DNA from: Chloroflexota bacterium | Lineage (GTDB): Bacteria > Chloroflexota > Dehalococcoidia > Lucifugimonadales > UBA2985 | NCBI GenBank assembly: GCA_027622595.1 | Contig: JAQBZZ010000004.1 | Coordinates: forward strand, 575-64,574 | Direction of reading: 5' to 3' | Length of the DNA stretch: 64,000 bases | In this document: one piece after another, positions 47,397 to 55,012 of the stretch | Position numbering within the stretch: position 1 is the first letter of the stretch | Layout: each line of letters begins with the position of its first letter | The notes under the pieces: generated by a model | Told to the model about the DNA's origin: nothing | Databases searched by the model: none | Seen by the model: only the letters and a program-made list of their open reading frames with translations | Position numbers and translations under genes: made by a program

Positions 47397-47413
47397 GGGT
47401 TAAGGAGCAAAAG

Positions 47414-47680
47414 ATGCTAGAAAACACTAAGCAGGAAAGCCTGAAAAGACTCAACTACATTGAGGGACACCTGGCCGGAATTAAACGTATGGTGGAGGAA
47501 GAAAAGTACTGCGTGGATGTCCTGAAACAGACCTACGCCGTCCGCCGCGCCATAGAGAAGCTGGAATCACTGCTCCTTGACGGCCACCTGCACACCTGTG
47601 TCGTCCAAGGCGTCAAGGACGGACGCGAGGAGCAGGTGGTGGGTGAGCTTCTGGAACTGTACAGCCTGAACAGCAAGTAA
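47414..47680 (+). CDS. csoR: CsoR/RcnR-family copper-sensing repressor
   Basis: L.RIEGH..GI.RMVEE..YC.DVL.Q..AV..A and the HTCV (C-H-C ligands) motif are present. Confidence 0.85.
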   Translation: MLENTKQESLKRLNYIEGHLAGIKRMVEEEKYCVDVLKQTYAVRRAIEKLESLLLDGHLHTCVVQGVKDGREEQVVGELLELYSLNSK

Positions 47681-47705
47681 TCATTGCACATGGAAGGACA
47701 AAAAT

Positions 47706-50207
47706 ATGTCAACCAAGACACCAAAGAAGATAGTTCTGCCTGTGGAAGGGATGACCTGTGCCTCCTGCGTCTCCCACGTTGAAGGTGCGCTGAAGGAAGT
47801 ATCAGGCGTGCTATCGGCCAACGTCAACCTTGCCACCGAACAGGCCACGGTTGAATTCGACGACGACAAGGCCACCATCTCTGAGCTAATCCACGCCGTG
47901 GACGACTCCGGGTACAAGACAGGTCTGGCGCACATCACCCTTAACATCGGTCAAATGACCTGCGCCTCTTGCGTTGTCCACGTAGAGCACGCCCTGAAAG
48001 AGGTTGAGGGCGTCCTTTCGGCCAACGTCAACCTGGCCACAGAGCAGGCCACGGTGGAGTATATCCCTGGCATTGCCACACTGGCAGACATGAAGGCCAC
48101 CGTTGACGACGCCGGCTACATCGTGGAAGGCGTGGCGGGAGATGAGTCCACCAACGACGAGGAGCGCCTGTCCCGCACCAAGGAGATCAAGGCACTGCGG
48201 AAGAAGCTGCTCTTCGCCTCTGGATTTGGAGCCGTTATCTTCCTTGGCAGCTTCAAGGAGTGGTTCCCCTGGATGCCCTCCTTCCTCCAAAACTGGTACG
48301 TGCTGTGGGCGCTGGCCACTCCTGTGCAGTTCTGGGCCGGCGCGCAGTTCTACCACGGTGCCTGGGGTGCTCTGAAGCATAAGACCACCAACATGAACAC
48401 CCTCATTGCCGTTGGAACAAGCGCCGCCTACTTCTACAGCGCCGCGGCCACCATCTTCCCTGACTTCTTCCGTGTGGAGCAGGCCGAAGCCAAGGTCTAC
48501 TTCGACACGGCGGCCATTATCATCGCGTTCATCCTCATGGGACGCTTCCTGGAGGCCAGAGCCAAGGGGCAGACGTCCGAGGCCATACGGAAACTGATGG
48601 GCCTGCAACCCAAGACGGCCAGCGTCATTCGTGATGGACAGCAAATGGACGTGCCAATCGAGGATGTGGTGCCAGGCGACGTCATAGTCGTGCGTCCGGG
48701 AGAGAGCATCCCTGTGGACGGCGTGGTCATCGAGGGTTCATCCTCGGTGGACGAGAGCATGCTGACCGGGGAGAGCCTCCCCGTTGAGAAGATGGCGGAC
48801 TCGCCCGTATTCGGGGCCACGATCAACAAGACCGGCAGCTTCCAGTTCCGTGCCACCAAGGTTGGCACGGATACGGCGCTTGCCAGAATCATCAAGCTGG
48901 TGCAGGAAGCCCAGGGCTCCAAGGCCCCCATACAACGGCTGGCGGACCTGGTTTCCAGCTACTTTGTGCCGATAGTAATCGGGATTGCCCTTGTCACATT
49001 CGGAATCTGGCTCTTCACCGGGCCGCCCCCCGCGTTCACATACGCCCTGCTGAACATGGTGGCGGTGCTGATCATCGCCTGCCCCTGCGCCCTTGGGTTG
49101 GCAACTCCAACGGCCATCATGGTCGGCACCGGCAAGGGGGCCGAATGGGGCGTCCTCATCCGCAGCGCCGAGGCCCTTGAGACGGCCCACAAGGTGGATG
49201 TCATCGTCCTCGATAAGACCGGGACCCTCACCATGGGCAGCCCGAAGGTAACGGACGTGATCGTAGATGGAGTGTCTGAGGAAGACCTGCTCATGCTGGC
49301 GGCATCGGCGGAAAAGGGGTCGGAGCACCCCCTTGGTGAGGCGATAGTCGCCTCCGCGGTAGAACACGGACTGGCTCTGCAAGAGGTCAAGGAATTCTAC
49401 GCCATACCCGGTCGCGGCATCGAGGCCAGCGTGAACGGCACCCATGTCACCCTTGGCAACCTGGCCCTCATGCAGGAGCGCAGCTACGCACTGAACGGTC
49501 TGGAGACCAGGGCTGTTGAGCTGTCCACCCAGGGAAAGACACCCATGTACATCGCACTTGGAGACCGCGTAGGAGGCATCATCGCCGTGGCCGACACCCT
49601 GAAACCGGAGGCAAAGGACGTGGTCAAGTCCCTCCATGCGATGGGCCGTGAGGTGATCATGCTCACCGGCGACAACCGCCGCACCGCGGAGGCCATCGCA
49701 AGAGACCTCGGCATAGACCGTATACTGGCCGAAGTTCTGCCGGACGGCAAGTCGCAGGAGATCAAGAAACTTCAGGCCGAAGGGAAAGTGGTCGCGATGG
49801 TTGGCGACGGCATCAACGATGCACCCGCCCTGGCACAGGCCCAGGTTGGCATCGCCATCGGCACCGGCACCGACGTGGCCATGGAGGCGGCGGACATAAC
49901 CCTGGTGAGGGGAAACCTGGGCGGCATCGTGGAAGCCCTTGCCCTGAGCAAAGCGACCATGCGCACCATCAAACAGAACCTCTTCTGGGCCTTTTTCTAC
50001 AACACCGCACTTGTGCCCATCGCCGCCGGAGTGCTCTACCCCGTATTCAGCGGAGGCAGTGTGCCGGGGCCACTTCAGCCCTTCCTGGGAGAGTTCGGCT
50101 TCCTCAACCCTGTGCTGGCAGCAGCAGCTATGGCCATCAGCTCTTTCACCGTGGTTAGCAACTCCCTCAGACTACAGCGTTACAAGGGAGCAAGAATCAA
50201 CAAGTAG
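47706..50207 (+). CDS. copA: copper-translocating P1B-type ATPase
   Basis: Two N-terminal HMA domains (GMTCASC twice), the CPC transmembrane motif, DKTGTLT and GDGINDAP are present. Confidence 0.95.
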   Translation: MSTKTPKKIVLPVEGMTCASCVSHVEGALKEVSGVLSANVNLATEQATVEFDDDKATISELIHAVDDSGYKTGLAHITLNIGQMTCASCVVHVEHALKEVEGVLSANVNLATEQATVEYIPGIATLADMKATVDDAGYIVEGVAGDESTNDEERLSRTKEIKALRKKLLFASGFGAVIFLGSFKEWFPWMPSFLQNWYVLWALATPVQFWAGAQFYHGAWGALKHKTTNMNTLIAVGTSAAYFYSAAATIFPDFFRVEQAEAKVYFDTAAIIIAFILMGRFLEARAKGQTSEAIRKLMGLQPKTASVIRDGQQMDVPIEDVVPGDVIVVRPGESIPVDGVVIEGSSSVDESMLTGESLPVEKMADSPVFGATINKTGSFQFRATKVGTDTALARIIKLVQEAQGSKAPIQRLADLVSSYFVPIVIGIALVTFGIWLFTGPPPAFTYALLNMVAVLIIACPCALGLATPTAIMVGTGKGAEWGVLIRSAEALETAHKVDVIVLDKTGTLTMGSPKVTDVIVDGVSEEDLLMLAASAEKGSEHPLGEAIVASAVEHGLALQEVKEFYAIPGRGIEASVNGTHVTLGNLALMQERSYALNGLETRAVELSTQGKTPMYIALGDRVGGIIAVADTLKPEAKDVVKSLHAMGREVIMLTGDNRRTAEAIARDLGIDRILAEVLPDGKSQEIKKLQAEGKVVAMVGDGINDAPALAQAQVGIAIGTGTDVAMEAADITLVRGNLGGIVEALALSKATMRTIKQNLFWAFFYNTALVPIAAGVLYPVFSGGSVPGPLQPFLGEFGFLNPVLAAAAMAISSFTVVSNSLRLQRYKGARINK

Positions 50208-50219
50208 GAGGTATGTACG

Positions 50220-50423
50220 ATGAGGATTCCATTTCTTAGCAGAGGCAAGTCTGAAACAGCAGTCGATCCGGTATGTCACATGGACGTGGACGTGAAGAAC
50301 CCCAACGGAGGCACGCACGAGCACGAGGGACAGACCTACTATTTCTGTGGGCCGGGCTGCCGGGTGGCTTTCACCAAAGAGCCGGGAGCCTACCTCTCCG
50401 GTGAAAAGAGCATGGAGATGTAG
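50220..50423 (+). CDS. YHS/TRASH-domain metal-binding protein
   Basis: DPVCHM.V......H.HEGQTYYFCGPGC...F is present. Confidence 0.8.
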   Translation: MRIPFLSRGKSETAVDPVCHMDVDVKNPNGGTHEHEGQTYYFCGPGCRVAFTKEPGAYLSGEKSMEM

Positions 50424-50452
50424 CCACACCCTGCAAGCTCGGGGGTGCAAGC

Positions 50453-50549
50453 CCATCCTTCCCGCAGGGGAAGGATGGTTGGATGAATGCATCCGCCTGC
50501 GGCGGACTAAATGTGGGTGCAGAGCCTGTCCTGAGCCTGCCGAAGGAGC
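50453..50549. repeat. 11-bp-stem hairpin plus a GTCCTGAGCCTGCCGAAGGAGC REP module
   Basis: CCATCCTTCCC-GCAG-GGGAAGGATGG lies at 50453-50478. The CCTGAGCC.GnCGAAGGA module at 50528-50549 also occurs at 40688-40714 and 5988-6008. Confidence 0.65.
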
Positions 50550-50604
50550 ACGCCCTGCCACGCAGGTGTATGCTCGATGGCGATGCCTGTGATAGAGTAA
50601 AAGG

Positions 50605-50916
50605 GTGAAGATTGAACTCCTGTATTTCGATGATTGCCCCAACTGGCAAACGACCCTGGAAGAGATCAGGAACCTCCTTGGCGTTAAGGGCTTGGAGGAA
50701 AAGGTCGACGTCATCCGGGTAGCCTCCAACCAGGAGGCCGAGCGTCTGCAATTCCCCGGCTCCCCCACCATCCGCATCAACGGTGAGGACGTTGACCCAG
50801 AAGTTCCCACTTCCGGCTTTCAACTGGCCTGCCGGATATACGAGGTGGATGAGAAGTTCATGGGAAAGCCCCCGATAGAGTGGGTCGATGCCGCAATTGA
50901 CGCCGCCGCCGAGTAG
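50605..50916 (+). CDS. thioredoxin-fold-like protein of unknown function (linked to the copper cluster)
   Basis: It has a GTG start. (M)KIELLYFDDCPNW...FPGSPTIRING resembles small thioredoxin-like proteins. The family assignment is uncertain. Confidence 0.4.
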   Translation: MKIELLYFDDCPNWQTTLEEIRNLLGVKGLEEKVDVIRVASNQEAERLQFPGSPTIRINGEDVDPEVPTSGFQLACRIYEVDEKFMGKPPIEWVDAAIDAAAE

Positions 50917-51067
50917 TTCTTCTAAATATTTTCATCCTTACCCTGACTGTCCAACACAGACACCAATGCCATACAGCACAACTCAGTGCGCGCGCGTGCA
51001 TGGCCTACAACTTGACCAGTTCCGCATAGCGGTATAAAATCCACGCAGCACACAATGAGGTAGAAAA

Positions 51068-51289
51068 ATGCCCGTATACGAGTACGTTTGCACCACCTGC
51101 AGGAACCATTTCGAGAAGATGCGCCCCATGGACACCTATCGGGAAGGAGTGCCCTGCCCCGACTGCGGAAGCCCCGCTGCCAGGGCGCTCTCGACGTTTG
51201 CGGCTTTCACAAAAAGCCCCGGCGGCGAGATGGTGCCTATGGGTGGGGCCGGAGGCGGTTGTGCATGCGGAGGCAGTTGCGGCTGCTAA
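51068..51289 (+). CDS. FmdB-family zinc-ribbon protein
   Basis: MPVYEYVCTTC...F......CPDCGS is followed by a Gly/Cys-rich tail. Confidence 0.8.
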   Translation: MPVYEYVCTTCRNHFEKMRPMDTYREGVPCPDCGSPAARALSTFAAFTKSPGGEMVPMGGAGGGCACGGSCGC

Positions 51290-51304
51290 AGCTGGAATGT
51301 AATT

Positions 51305-52066
51305 CTAGCTGGAAGCCTTCAATAAAAACCGCCTGATTCCCCACATCACCAGTGCCAGCAGTGCAGCCTGCACCACCGCTGACACAGCAATGAACAGTGT
51401 GGCGTCCATGAAAAACCCCTCGGTGAACAGCCGCGTCAGGTAGTTGTACCGTGGGTCGAAGGTGTACGTGCCGCTGGTGAAGCCGAGGACGTGGAACAGG
51501 TCGAAGAGTTGGTCGAAGCCCACCAGCGAGGCCAGCCCTCCAAAGCCAAGCAGCCCCACAGTGACCAGACTTCCCCAAATGACGCGGCCAGCCAGAGCGC
51601 GAGTTCCTTTACAAGTTCCTTTGCCTCTCGTGGCAAGCAGCAACACAACCGCGTAGCCAAGGATATAGGCCCCAGTCACCTCCTGAAGGCGGTGCACCGC
51701 CACCACCATCCCCTTCACGTCCCGCATGTGCAGTATCTCCCCTTCGTTGAACAGGTCACGTTGTTCGCCGTCGATGACCACCCTCGTGTCCAGCAGTTCT
51801 TGGGAAGAGTTGAAGTAATCTATAAATTCCTGTGCCACCGTCATAAGCTGGCCCATGTCAAGGCCAGTGGCGCTGACGACGTTGTACCGCTCGAAGCCGT
51901 ACCTGTAGAGATTTAGGCTATCGAAGGCCATACGGACGTTGGATGTGACAAGGAACGTCGGTATGGCCAGTATGAACAGGACGACGGCCAGCCTGCCCAG
52001 GTCCCCGGCGACGCGCTCCTGCACCAGAAGACGTATTTTTTGTGAGATGGTTGTAGCCTGGTTCAC
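51305..52066 (-). CDS. TIGR01906-family integral membrane protein (Lit-like)
   Basis: An N-terminal TM segment, the pattern YRYGFERYNV...EFIDYF... and EILHMRDVKGMV are present, with C-terminal TM segments. Confidence 0.65.
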   Translation of the reverse strand: MNQATTISQKIRLLVQERVAGDLGRLAVVLFILAIPTFLVTSNVRMAFDSLNLYRYGFERYNVVSATGLDMGQLMTVAQEFIDYFNSSQELLDTRVVIDGEQRDLFNEGEILHMRDVKGMVVAVHRLQEVTGAYILGYAVVLLLATRGKGTCKGTRALAGRVIWGSLVTVGLLGFGGLASLVGFDQLFDLFHVLGFTSGTYTFDPRYNYLTRLFTEGFFMDATLFIAVSAVVQAALLALVMWGIRRFLLKASS

Positions 52067-52125
52067 CTATCTATTGTAGCAGGACGCGCTGTGGCTGGCA
52101 CGGCAGGTAAAAGGTGACCAAGCCT

Positions 52126-52154
52126 TTGACCATATGTACATTTAGATGTACACT
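52126..52154 (+). promoter_or_regulatory. candidate toxin-antitoxin promoter with an overlapping palindromic operator
   Basis: TTGACC (52126-52131), a 17-nt spacer, then TACACT (52149-52154). The perfect inverted repeat TGTACAT-ttag-ATGTACA (52135-52152) spans the spacer and the -10. Confidence 0.45.
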
Positions 52155-52180
52155 AAGACATCAGCCTGCTGAGGGAGCGG

Positions 52181-52495
52181 ATGGCCTACCAGATCGACAT
52201 CACCCCGACAGCCCTGGAAACGCTGGTGGCCATCACCGACCGGCGCACCCGCGACGCCATCGTGAGACGCGTAGATGCCTTGGCAGAAGAACCTGCGAAG
52301 CAGGGAAACACCCTCCTGGGCGATCTAGCCGGGTTCATGAGTGTACGTGCCGCCGGGCAACGATACCGGGTAGTGTACAGAGTGGACGAGGGCGAGCAGC
52401 GGGTGGTGGTGTACCTGGTTGGCATTCGGCGGGAAGGCAGCCGCCAGGACGTGTACACCCTGGCCCAGCGACTGGTCCGGCGGGGACTGATATAG
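52181..52495 (+). CDS. RelE/ParE-family type II toxin
   Basis: ...LLGDLAGFMSVRAAGQRYRVVYRVDEGEQRVVVYLVGIRREG matches the RelE/ParE core (G..R.R.G.YR..Y.........I....R). Confidence 0.75.
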   Translation: MAYQIDITPTALETLVAITDRRTRDAIVRRVDALAEEPAKQGNTLLGDLAGFMSVRAAGQRYRVVYRVDEGEQRVVVYLVGIRREGSRQDVYTLAQRLVRRGLI

Positions 52496-52506
52496 GAGGA
52501 TGAGAC

Positions 52507-52791
52507 ATGACTATACCAAGAGAGACGGACGAACTCACCATGGTGGATGCACGGCGGGAGCTCACCAAGCTGCCCGAGAAGCTGGAGTCCCATCCGGCGA
52601 CTGTGGCGGTCACCCGGCGAGGCAAGCCAGTCCTGGCCATCATGACCTGGAGTGACTACGAGGTAATCCTGGAGACGCTGGAGGTCCTCAGCGACGACGA
52701 GGCCGTTGAGCAGCTACGTCGCAGCATCCGGGAGGTGAAGGAAGACAAGGCCATTCCCTGGGAGGACGCCAAGGCCCGGCTCAGGATTTAG
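52507..52791 (+). CDS. Phd/YefM-family antitoxin
   Basis: ARRELTKLPEKLE...VAVTRRGKPVLAIMTWSDYEVILETLEVLSD is typical of Phd/YefM. It lies downstream of its toxin. Confidence 0.7.
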   Translation: MTIPRETDELTMVDARRELTKLPEKLESHPATVAVTRRGKPVLAIMTWSDYEVILETLEVLSDDEAVEQLRRSIREVKEDKAIPWEDAKARLRI

Positions 52792-52873
52792 CCCACAGGC
52801 TTAGGAGGCGCGAGTGCCAAAGGGAGGCGTCACGATACTTGCGTTCACTTATCCATTGTACCAGACCACTATT

Positions 52874-54406
52874 TTATAAGCTTCGGTCCCACCTCTGCCA
52901 AGCGCCGAAAAATTCCACGCTCACCACTGCCAAGGAACCACCGAATGAATGGCTCTCCCCCCCCCCCCGACGCGATCGTTTCTTGGGGTCATGTTGAGCA
53001 GGCTCACGAGATTTACGGAGACTATCAAGAGCGGAGGGGAGTTTACTAGCGAGGAAACGTTGGTCATCTTCACTCACGCCTCGGTCCTGGACAAATGCCC
53101 TAAAGAACGGGCGCCGACAAACCCATGCATAATTGGAAAGAGTGGGATGCCATCCTCGCGTTTGAAAGTCGTCATCCTTCTGCCGAAACTCTAGGAGATC
53201 TAGGCCTCCTTTGGCCTGCTGGAGCGGTTCCCATATAAAAGCATGGCACATGGTTTCGGCCGCTACTTGCAACTCATTCAATATGGCCTCAAGCCCTATT
53301 CGGGCCTCGGAAAACCAGAGCAAGTCTACATTCACTAGGCGCTCTTGAGCTCGCTGCTGTATCTTATCCCACCACTCTCCAAAGAAGTACCCTTTCAGCC
53401 GAGTTTCCGAAGCCTTTTCTTTTTCTTGGCGCAGGTATTCACGTAGCTCATTCTGCCCTAACTGAGCCTCTGCCCATCCTTGGGCACGATGCCAGTAGAC
53501 GTCCCAATGTTCTTCCTCTCCATCGCCGTTCAGGATTCTTGCATCAGCCAACACTTCATCAGTTGTCAAAGCTAACAAGTTGCAGTAGGCAGCCACTAGT
53601 CGCCAACTCTCGGCCTTGTTCCGCAGGCGCAGTCCTTCGAAGACGTTCACCACCTCCTGAGGCTCTAGGTTAAGCAGGGGGAAGTATCCGCCTAGCTTCA
53701 TACGAAAGGCCCGCTCATCTTCTAAGTCCGCCTCTTCAATGCTGCCCACCTCTATCAGCCATTCTGGCTCGATATCAGTGGCAAATGAAATAGCCTCAAA
53801 TCCTTCCAGCGCTTCCACAGCCAATTTCAGTGCATCCTCATACACACCATCCAGATATTTAATACGGAAGAGTGCGCTCAGGGCCAATGCACTGACCCCC
53901 CAGAAGGAAACAACGCCCATCGGAGCGTCTGACGCACCAGCTAATGAAGGTTCGAAGGCGCGAATATCGGAATGGTATAGAACCTGCCTTATCCTATTCA
54001 AGGTTTGGCTCACATCATCGTAGTTTTGGTTTCTGGCGTGGAGCCTGAGTGCATACGCGGCAGCAATATGGACATACCGACTGGCATCTGAGAAGTCCAT
54101 GGAGTCAGCGGCATCGGGTTCATACGGGATTCGTGCCCAGCGCTCAAGCTCAGTTAGCGTTTCCAGGACTGTACTTTCCTCATCTTCGGGAAGTGGCTGG
54201 GGAGAAGCTGGGTGCCATACATTCCAAAACAACTCTTCAGCGTTATCGTCAACTTTACCAGAGGCTATCGCCGCGATAGACTTCACAATCTGAAGGACGT
54301 CGTTCCTATACGTATCACCTTGCCTCATAGCTTCAGCAAGACGCGGAAGGAGCGCTCGTGCCTTCGTCTCAAATTCAATGGTGGTGTTGTCATCGCTAGT
54401 AGCCAT
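52874..54406 (-). CDS. hypothetical 510-aa protein (mostly helical, C-terminal Rx4H motif, G12 tract near the 3' end)
   Basis: It is a long clean ORF, visibly more AT-rich than its neighbours. I recognise no family. LDSLRKSREPAQHD lies near the C-terminus. Confidence 0.6.
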   Translation of the reverse strand: MATSDDNTTIEFETKARALLPRLAEAMRQGDTYRNDVLQIVKSIAAIASGKVDDNAEELFWNVWHPASPQPLPEDEESTVLETLTELERWARIPYEPDAADSMDFSDASRYVHIAAAYALRLHARNQNYDDVSQTLNRIRQVLYHSDIRAFEPSLAGASDAPMGVVSFWGVSALALSALFRIKYLDGVYEDALKLAVEALEGFEAISFATDIEPEWLIEVGSIEEADLEDERAFRMKLGGYFPLLNLEPQEVVNVFEGLRLRNKAESWRLVAAYCNLLALTTDEVLADARILNGDGEEEHWDVYWHRAQGWAEAQLGQNELREYLRQEKEKASETRLKGYFFGEWWDKIQQRAQERLVNVDLLWFSEARIGLEAILNELQVAAETMCHAFIWEPLQQAKGGLDLLEFRQKDDDFQTRGWHPTLSNYAWVCRRPFFRAFVQDRGVSEDDQRFLASKLPSALDSLRKSREPAQHDPKKRSRRGGGESHSFGGSLAVVSVEFFGAWQRWDRSL

Positions 54407-54416
54407 TGTTTGCCCC

Positions 54417-54452
54417 CTACTCCATATCTTCCCACGTCTGCCCCGCCTTCAC
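54417..54452 (-). pseudogene. displaced remnant of the polA 3' end
   Basis: It encodes VKAGQTWEDME*, against the polA C-terminus LKTGYTWGDME*. A 17-nt perfect core (CCCCCTACTCCATATCT) is shared with 55009-55025. Confidence 0.55.
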
Positions 54453-54681
54453 CTTAAGCCAACCCAGATGTCGGCAGTGATCTCACGGCCCATGATTTCC
54501 GCTACCTCTCGCAGCAACACTCGCAACTGCGGCACTGAATATTCGGCATTGGATGGGACGGCCAAGCGGTACTGCTGATAGACCATGAACTGGTGGCGGG
54601 TGCCGGAAAGGGGCCGTCAAAACCCAGCTTTCGGAGGCGCCGCACAAACTCGCGGCGTCTACAGGGTCTCCACCGGCTCAC
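54449..54681 (-). pseudogene. hicA: HicA/YcfA-like toxin gene with a frameshift
   Basis: A GTG start gives MSRWRPCRRREFVRRLRKLGFDGPF. The frame then shifts near 54603-54612. The other frame continues GTRHQFMVYQQYRLAVPSNAEYSVPQLRVLLREVAEIMGREITADIWVGLR*. The joined sequence matches the HicA pattern (LGF....G..H). Confidence 0.6.
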
Positions 54682-54925
54682 GGCGTGGCTTTCTGTTTAA
54701 ATCGATGCCGTCGATAACTGGCAATGGGTGACCCAGTTTGAGACCGACCAGAATCCAGTCCTCCATGGTGGAGCGCAATTCGTCCTGACATTCACTCAGG
54801 GTCGCACCAAAGCCAACCACGCCCTTACGGGACGGGATGTGACCTGCAAAGGTGCCGTCCACCAGCTTATCGTAGACCGCCTGGGACAGAGCCTGCTCTA
54901 CATAGTCTGTTAGGACAAACTGCAT
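54659..54925 (-). CDS. hicB: HicB-like antitoxin
   Basis: MQFVLTDYVEQALSQAVYDKLVDGTFAGHIPSRKGVVGFGATLSECQDELRSTMEDWILVGLKLGHPLP matches the HicB-like antitoxin family pattern. Confidence 0.7.
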   Translation of the reverse strand: MQFVLTDYVEQALSQAVYDKLVDGTFAGHIPSRKGVVGFGATLSECQDELRSTMEDWILVGLKLGHPLPVIDGIDLNRKPRREPVETL

Positions 54926-55012
54926 GGCAATAGTGCACCTCGTTACCACCTCAAATCATACCACTAAACCCGTTATGCCACATACTAAACCACCGTCTTT
55001 TTACCTGACCCC

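Noticed and set aside
50172-50823. ORFs 50172-50810(-), 50371-50823(-) and 50347-50592(+) across the copA-to-thioredoxin-like interval.
   Set aside because: They are antisense or overlapping to the YHS-domain gene and the thioredoxin-like gene. They also run through hairpin and REP sequence and look like shadow ORFs.
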